Assembly (NCBI GenBank): GCA_964016885.1
Contig: OZ024760.1
Coordinates: forward strand, 29,822,001-29,886,000
Direction of reading: 5' to 3'
Length of the DNA stretch: 64,000 nt
From: Eledone cirrhosa
Lineage: Eukaryota
The notes beneath the pieces are model-generated. The model made no database searches. It had not been told where the DNA came from and worked only from the letters and a program-made list of their open reading frames with translations. This document shows, piece by piece, positions 56,901 to 64,000 of this stretch (position 1 is the first letter of the stretch; each line of letters opens with the position of its first letter). Made by a program: the position numbers and the translations under genes.

Positions 56901-59900
56901 AATGTAATGTAATGTAATGTAATGTAATGTAATGTAATGTGTAATGTAATTTAATGTAATGTAATGTAATGTAATGTAATGTAATGTAATGTAATGTGTA
57001 ATGTAATGTAATGTAATGTAATGTAATGTAATGTGTAATGTAATGTAATGTAATGTAATGTAATGTAATGTAATGTGTAATGTAACGTAATATAATGTAA
57101 TGTAATGTAATGTAATGTAATGTAATGTAATGTGTAATGTAATTTAATGTAATGTAATGTAATGTAATGTAATGTAATGTAATGTAATGTGTAATGTAAT
57201 GTGTAATGTAATGTAATGTAATGTAATATATGTAATGTAATGTAATGTAATGCAACGTAATGTAATGTGTAATGTAATGTAATGTAATGTGTAATGTAAT
57301 GTAATGTAATGTAATGTAATCTGTAATGTAATGTAATCTAATGTGTAATGTAAAGTAATGTAATGTAATGTAATGTAATGTAATGTGTAATGTAATGTAA
57401 TCTAATGTAGTGTGTAATGTAATGTAATGTTATGTAATGTGTAATGTAATGTAATGTAATGTAATGTAATGTGTAATGTAATGTAATGTAATGTAATGTA
57501 ATGTAATGTAATGTAATGTAATGTAATGTGTAATGTAATGTAATGTAATGTAATGTGTAATGTAGTGTAATGTAATGTAATGTAATGTAATGTAATTTAA
57601 TGTGTAATGTAATGTAATGTGTAATATAATGTAATGTAATGTAACGTAATATAATGTGTAATGTAACGTAATGTAATGTAATGTAATGTAATGTAACGTG
57701 TAATGTAATGTAAGATAATGTGTAATGTAATGTAATGTGTAATGTAATGTAATGTAATGTAATATGTAATGTAATGTAATGTAATGTAATGTAATGTAAT
57801 GTGTAATGTAATGTAATGTAATGTAATGTAATGTAATGTAATGTGTAATGTAATGTGTAACGTAATGTAATGTAATGTAATGTAATGTAATGTAATGTGT
57901 AATGTAATGTAATGTAATGTAATGTAATGTAATGTAATGTAATGTAATGTGTAATGTAATGTAATGTGTAATGTAATGTAATGTAATGTAATGTAATGTA
58001 ATGTGTAATGTAATGTAATGTAACGTGTAATGTAATGTAATGTAATGTAATGTGTAATGTAATGTAATGTAATCTAATGTAATGTAATGTGTAATGTAAT
58101 GTAATGTAATGTAATATAATGTAATGTAATGTAATGTGTAATGTAATGTAATGTAATGTAGTGTGTAACGTAATGTAATGTAATGTACTGTAATGTGTAA
58201 TGTAATGTAATGTAATGTGTAATGTAATGTAATGTAATATAATGTAATGTAATGTGTAATGTAATGTAATGTAATGTAATGTGTAACGTAATGTAATGTA
58301 ATGTGTAATGTAATGTAATGTAATGTAATATAATGTAATGTAACGTAATGTAATGTAATGTAATGTAATGTAATGTAATGTAATGTAATATAATATAATA
58401 CGTAATGTAATATAATATAATGCGTAATGTAATGTAATGTAATGTGTAATGTAATGTAATGTAATGTAATGTAACGTAATTTAATGTAATGTAATGTAAA
58501 TTAATGTAATTTGTAATGTAATGTAATGTAATGTGTAAAGTAATGTAATGGAAAGTGTAACGTAATGTAATGTAATGTAATGTCATGTAATGTGTAATGT
58601 AGTGTAATGTAATGTAATGTAATGTAATGTAATGTGTAATGTATTGTAATGTAACGTAATGTAATGTGTAATGTAATGTAATGTGTAATGTAATGTAATG
58701 TAATGTGTAATGTAATGTAATGTAATGTAATGTGTAATGTGTAATGTAATGTAATGTAATATAATGTAATGTAATGTAATGTAACGTGTAATATAATGTA
58801 ATGTAATGTAATGTAATGTAATGTAATGTAATGTAATGTAATGTGTAATGTGTAATGTAATGTAATGTAATGTGTAATGTAATGTAATGTAATGTGTAAT
58901 GTAATGTAGTGTGTAATGTAATGTAATGTAATGTAATGTCATGTAATGTGTAATGTAATGTAATGTAATGTAGTGTGTAATGTAATGTAATGTAATGTAA
59001 TGTGTAATGTAATGTAATGTAATGTAATGTGTAATGTAATGTAACGTAATGTAATGTAATGTGTAATGTAATGTAATGTAATGTAATGTAATGTAATGTG
59101 TAATGTAATGTAATGTGTAATGTGTAATGTAATGTAATGTAATATAATGTAATGTAATGTAATGAAATGTAATGTGTAATGAAATGTAATGTAATGTAAT
59201 GTAATGTAATGTAATGAGTAATGTAATGTAATGTAATGTAATGTAATGTAATGTAATGTAATGTGTAATGTAATGTGTAACGTAATGTAATGTAATGTAA
59301 TGTAATGTAATGTAATGTAATGTGTAATGTAATGTAATGTAATGTAATGTAATGTAATGTAATGTAATGTAATGTAATGTGTAATGTAATGTAATGTGTA
59401 ATGTAATGTAATGTAATGTAATGTAATGTAATGTGTAATGTAATGTAATGTAACGTGTAATGTAATGTAATGTAATGTAATGTGTAATGTAATGTAATGT
59501 AATCTAATGTAATGTAATGTGTAATGTAATGTAATGTAATGTAATATAATGTAATGTAATGTAATGTGTAATGTAATGTAATGTAATGTAGTGTGTAATG
59601 TAATGTAATGTAATGTAATGTAATGTACTGTAATGTGTAATGTAATGTAATGTAATGTGTAATGTAATGTAATGTAATATAATGTAATGTAATGTGTAAT
59701 GTAATGTAATGTAATGTAATGTGTAATGTAATGTAATGTAATGTGTAATGTAATGTAATGTAATATAATGTAATGTAACGTAATGTAATGTAATGTAATG
59801 TGTAATGTAATGTAGTGTGTAATGTAATGTAATGTAATGTAATGTCATGTAATGTGTAATGTAATGTAATGTAATGTAGTGTGTAATGTAATGTAATGTA

Positions 59901-62900
59901 ATGTAATGTGTAATGTAATGTAATGTAATGTAATGTGTAATGTAATGTAACGTAATGTAATGTAATGTGTAATGTAATGTAATGTAATGTAATGTAATGT
60001 AATGTGTAATGTAATGTAATGTGTAATGTGTAATGTAATGTAATGTAATATAATGTAATGTAATGTAATGAAATGTAATGTGTAATGAAATGTAATGTAA
60101 TGTAATGTAATGTAATGTAATGTGTAATGTAATGTAATGTAATGTAGTGTGTAATGTAATGTAATGTAATGTGTAATGTAATGTAATGTAATGTAATGTG
60201 TAATGTAATGTAATGTAATGTAATGTGTAATGTAACGTAATGTAATGTAATGTGTAATGTCATGTAATTTAATGTAATGTAATGTAATGTGTAATGTAAT
60301 GTAATGTAATGTATAATGTAATGTAATGTAATTTGTAATGTACTGTAATCTAATGTAATGTAATGTAATGTAATGTAATGTGTAATGTAATGTAATGTAA
60401 TGTAATGGAATGTGTAATGTAATGTAATGTGTAATGTAATGTAATGTAATGTAATGTAATGTAATGTGTAATGTAATGTAATGTAATGTAATGTAATGTA
60501 ATGTGTAATGTAATTTAATGTAATGTAATGTAATGTAATGTAATGTAATGTAATGTAATGTAATGTAATGTGTAATGTAATGTAATGTAATGTAATGTAA
60601 TGTAATGTGTAATGTAATGTAATGTAATGTAATGTAATGTAATGTAATGTAATGTGTAATGTAACGTAATATAATGTAATGTAATGTAATGTAATGTAAT
60701 GTAATGTAATGTGTAATGTAATTTAATGTAATGTAATGTAATGTAATGTAATGTAATGTGTAATGTAATGTGTAATGTAATGTAATGTAATGTAATATAT
60801 GTAATGTAATGTAATGCAACGTAATGTAATGTGTAATGTAATGTAATGTAATGTGTAATGTAATGTAATGTAATGTAATGTAATCCGTAATGTAATGTAA
60901 TCTAATGTGTAATGTAAAGTAATGTAATGTAATGTAATGTAATGTAATGTGTAATGTAATGTAATCTAATGTAGTGTGTAATGTAATGTAATGTTTTGTA
61001 ATGTGTAATGTAATGTAATGTAATGTTTAATGTAATGTAATGTAATGTAATGTGTAATGTAATGTAATGTAATCTAATGTAATGTGTAATGTAATGTAAT
61101 GTAATGTAATTTAATGTGTAATGTAATGTAATGTGTAATATAATGTAATGTAATGTAATGTAATGTAATGTGTAATGTAATTTAATGTAATGTAATGTAA
61201 TGTAATGTAATGTAATGTAATGTAATGTAATGTAATGTAATGTAATGTAATGTGTAATGTAATGTAATGTAATGTAATGTAATGTAACGTGTAATGTAAT
61301 GTAAGATAATGTGTAATGTAATGTAATGTGTAATGTAATGTAATGTAATGTAATATGTAATGTAATGTAATGTAATGTAATGTAATGTAATGTGTAATGT
61401 AATGTAATGTAATGTAATGTAATGTAATGTAATGTAATGTGTAATGTAATGTGTAACGTAATGTAATGTAATGTAATGTAATGTAATGTAATGTAATGTG
61501 TAATGTAATGTAATGTAATGTAATGTAATGTAATGTAATGTAATGTAATGTGTAATGTAATGTAATGTGTAATGTAATGTAATGTAATGTAATGTAATGT
61601 AATGTGTAATGTAATGTAATGTAACGTGTAATGTAATGTAATGTAATGTAATGTGTAATGTAATGTAATGTAATCTAATGTAATGTAATGTGTAATGTAA
61701 TGTAATGTAATGTAATATAATGTAATGTAATGTAATGTGTAATGTAATGTAATGTAATGTAGTGTGTAATGTAATGTAATGTAATGTAATGTAATGTACT
61801 GTAATGTGTAATGTAATGTAATGTAATGTGTAATGTAATGTAATGTAATATAATGTAATGTAATGTGTAATGTAATGTAATGTAATGTAATGTGTAATGT
61901 AATGTAATGTAATGTGTAATGTAATGTAATGTAATATAATGTAATGTAACGTAATGTAATGTAATGTAATGTACTGTAATGTAATGTAATATAATATAAT
62001 ACGTAATGTAATATAATATAATGCGTAATGTAATGTAATGTAATGTGTAATGTAATATAATGTAATGTAATGTAATGTAACGTAATTTAATGTAATGTAA
62101 TGTAATGTAATGTAATTTGTAATGTAATGTAATGTAATGTGTAAAGTAATGTAATGGAAAGTGTAATGTAATGTAATGTAATGTAATGTCATGTAATGTG
62201 TAATGTAGTGTAATGTAATGTAATGTAATGTAATGTAATGTGTAATGTAATGTAATGTAACGTAATGTAATGTGTAATGTAATGTAATGTGTAATGTAAT
62301 GTAATGTAATGTGTAATGTAATGTAATGTAATGTAATGTGTAATGTAATGTAATGTGTAATGTAATGTAATGTAATATAATGTAATGTAATGTAATGTAA
62401 CGTGTAATATAATGTAATGTAATGTAATGTAATGTAATGTAATGTAATGTAATGTAATGTGTAATGTGTAATGTAATGTAATGTGTAATGTAATGTAATG
62501 TAATGTGTAATGTAATGTAGTGTGTAATGTAATGTAATGTAATGTAATGGAATGTAATGTAATGTGTAATGTAATGTAATGTAATGTAGTGTGTAATGTA
62601 ATGTAATGTAATGTAATGTGTAATGTAATGTAATGTAATGTAATGTAATGTAATGTAATGTGTAATGTAATGTAATGTGTAATGTAATGTAATGTAATGT
62701 AATGTAATGTGTAATGTAATGTAATGTAATGTAATGTAATATATGTAATGTAATGTAATGCAATGTAATGTAATGTGTAATGTAATGTAATGTAATGTGT
62801 AATGTAATGTAATGTAATGTAATGTAATGTAATGTGTAATGTAATGTAATCTAATGTGTAATGTAAAGTAATGTAATGTAATGTAATGTAATGTAATGTA

Positions 62901-64000
62901 ATGTAATGTGTAATGTAATGTAATCTAATGTATTGTGTAATGTAATGTAATGTTATGTAATGCGTAATGTAATGTAATGTAATGTGTAATGTAATGTAAT
63001 GTAATGTAATGTAATGTAATGTAATGTAATGTGTAATGTAATGTAATGTAATGTAATGTAATGTAATTTAATGTGTAATGTAATGTAATGTGTAATATAA
63101 TGTAATGTAATGTAATGTAATGTGTAATGTAATGTAATGTAATGTAATGTAACGTGTAATGTAACGTAATGTAATGTGTAATGTAATGTAATGTAATGTA
63201 ATATGTAATGTAATGTAATGTAATGTAATGTAATGTAATGTAATGTGTAATGTAATGTAATGTAATGTAATGTAATGTGTAATGTAATGTGAAAGGTAAT
63301 GTAATGTAATGTAATGTGTAATGTAATGTGAAAGGTAATGTAATGTAATGTAATGTGTAATGTAATGTAATGTAATGTAATGTAATGTAATGTAATGTGT
63401 AATGTAATGTAATGTAATGTAATGTGTAATGTAATGTAATGTAATGTGTAATGTAATGTAATGTGTAATGTAATGTAATGTAATGTAATGTAATGTGCAA
63501 TGTAATGTAATGTAATATAATGTGTAATGTAATGTAATGTAACGTGTAATGTAATGTAATGTGTAATGTAATGTAATGTAATGTAATGTAATGTGTAATG
63601 TAATGTAATGTAATGTAATATAATGTAATGTAATGTAATGTAATGTAATGTGTAATGTAATGTAATGTAATGTAATATAATGTAATGTAATGTAATGTAA
63701 TGTAATATAATGTAATGTAATGTAATGTGTAATGTAATGTAATGTAATGTAGTGTGTAATGTAATGTAATGTAATGTAATGTAATGTGTAATGTAATGTA
63801 ATGTAATGTAATGTGTAATGTAATGTAATGTAATGTGTAATGTAATGTAATGTAATGTGTAATGTAATGTAATGTAATGTAATGTGTAATGTAATGTAAT
63901 GTGTAATGTAATGTAATGTAATGTAATATATGTAATGTAATGTAATGCAACGTAATGTAATGTGTAATGTAATGTAATGTAATGTGTAATGTAATGTAAT
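39400..64000. repeat. SINE-free domain with ~2.6-kb higher-order periodicity and larger block duplications
   Basis: GGAAAGTG marker at 39497, 42133, 44744 and 47358 (2636, 2611, 2614 bp) and 50427/53059 (2632 bp). Rare AATCCGTAAT (~46175/~60883) and GTTTTGTAAT (~46286/~60993) pair blocks about 14.7 kb apart. Confidence 0.75.

Larger units (their letters stand above)
1..64000. repeat. Pentameric satellite array (GTAAT)n/(ATTAC)n with frequent 7-bp GTAATGT units and point-variant monomers
   Basis: Read directly: GTAAT repeats from base 1 to 64000, interrupted only by eight 188-bp elements and one (TTAAT)n block. Variants include ATAAT, GTAAC, GTAGT, CTAAT, TTAAT, GAAAT, GGAAT and GTCAT. The array runs off both ends of the window. 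Confidence 0.99.

Noticed and set aside
339-63950. Dozens of minus-strand ORFs up to 744 aa of (ITLHY)n
   Set aside because: (ATTAC)n has no stop codon in any frame, so long ORFs are automatic. Starts and stops come from sporadic variant monomers, ORFs overlap in different frames, and no domain content is present.
1-64000. Telomeric repeat tract
   Set aside because: No TTAGGG/TTAGG-type G-rich repeat (only one TTAGG inside each SINE). The kb-scale duplications indicate recombinational amplification, and chromosome position cannot be seen.
1-64000. (TGTAA)n equals the 3' repeat of eel UnaL2/UnaSINE1
   Set aside because: The element here lies on the opposite strand, so its tail would be (TTACA)n, and no L2 sequence is present. 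Treated as coincidence.

Overview
The whole 64 kb is a eukaryotic simple satellite array, (GTAAT)n on + and (ATTAC)n on -. It is punctuated every few units by a 7-bp GTAATGT variant, and recurrent point-variant monomers reveal kb-scale higher-order repeats and segmental duplications. The only complex sequence is eight near-identical, co-oriented 188-bp elements between 7.9 and 33.7 kb. Read on the minus strand each looks like a tRNA-derived SINE: GGCGG start, A box, B box, a Meta/MESC-like central domain and a 3' stem-loop that runs straight into the (ATTAC)n array. From memory (not searched) it resembles octopus SINEs, so a cephalopod host is plausible but unconfirmed. Identical junctions and shared flanking variants indicate one insertion amplified with the satellite, not eight insertions. 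A 145-bp pure (TTAAT)29 block appears to have expanded from a single variant monomer. No protein-coding gene is supported: every ORF in the track is the stop-free ITLHY translation of (ATTAC)n.
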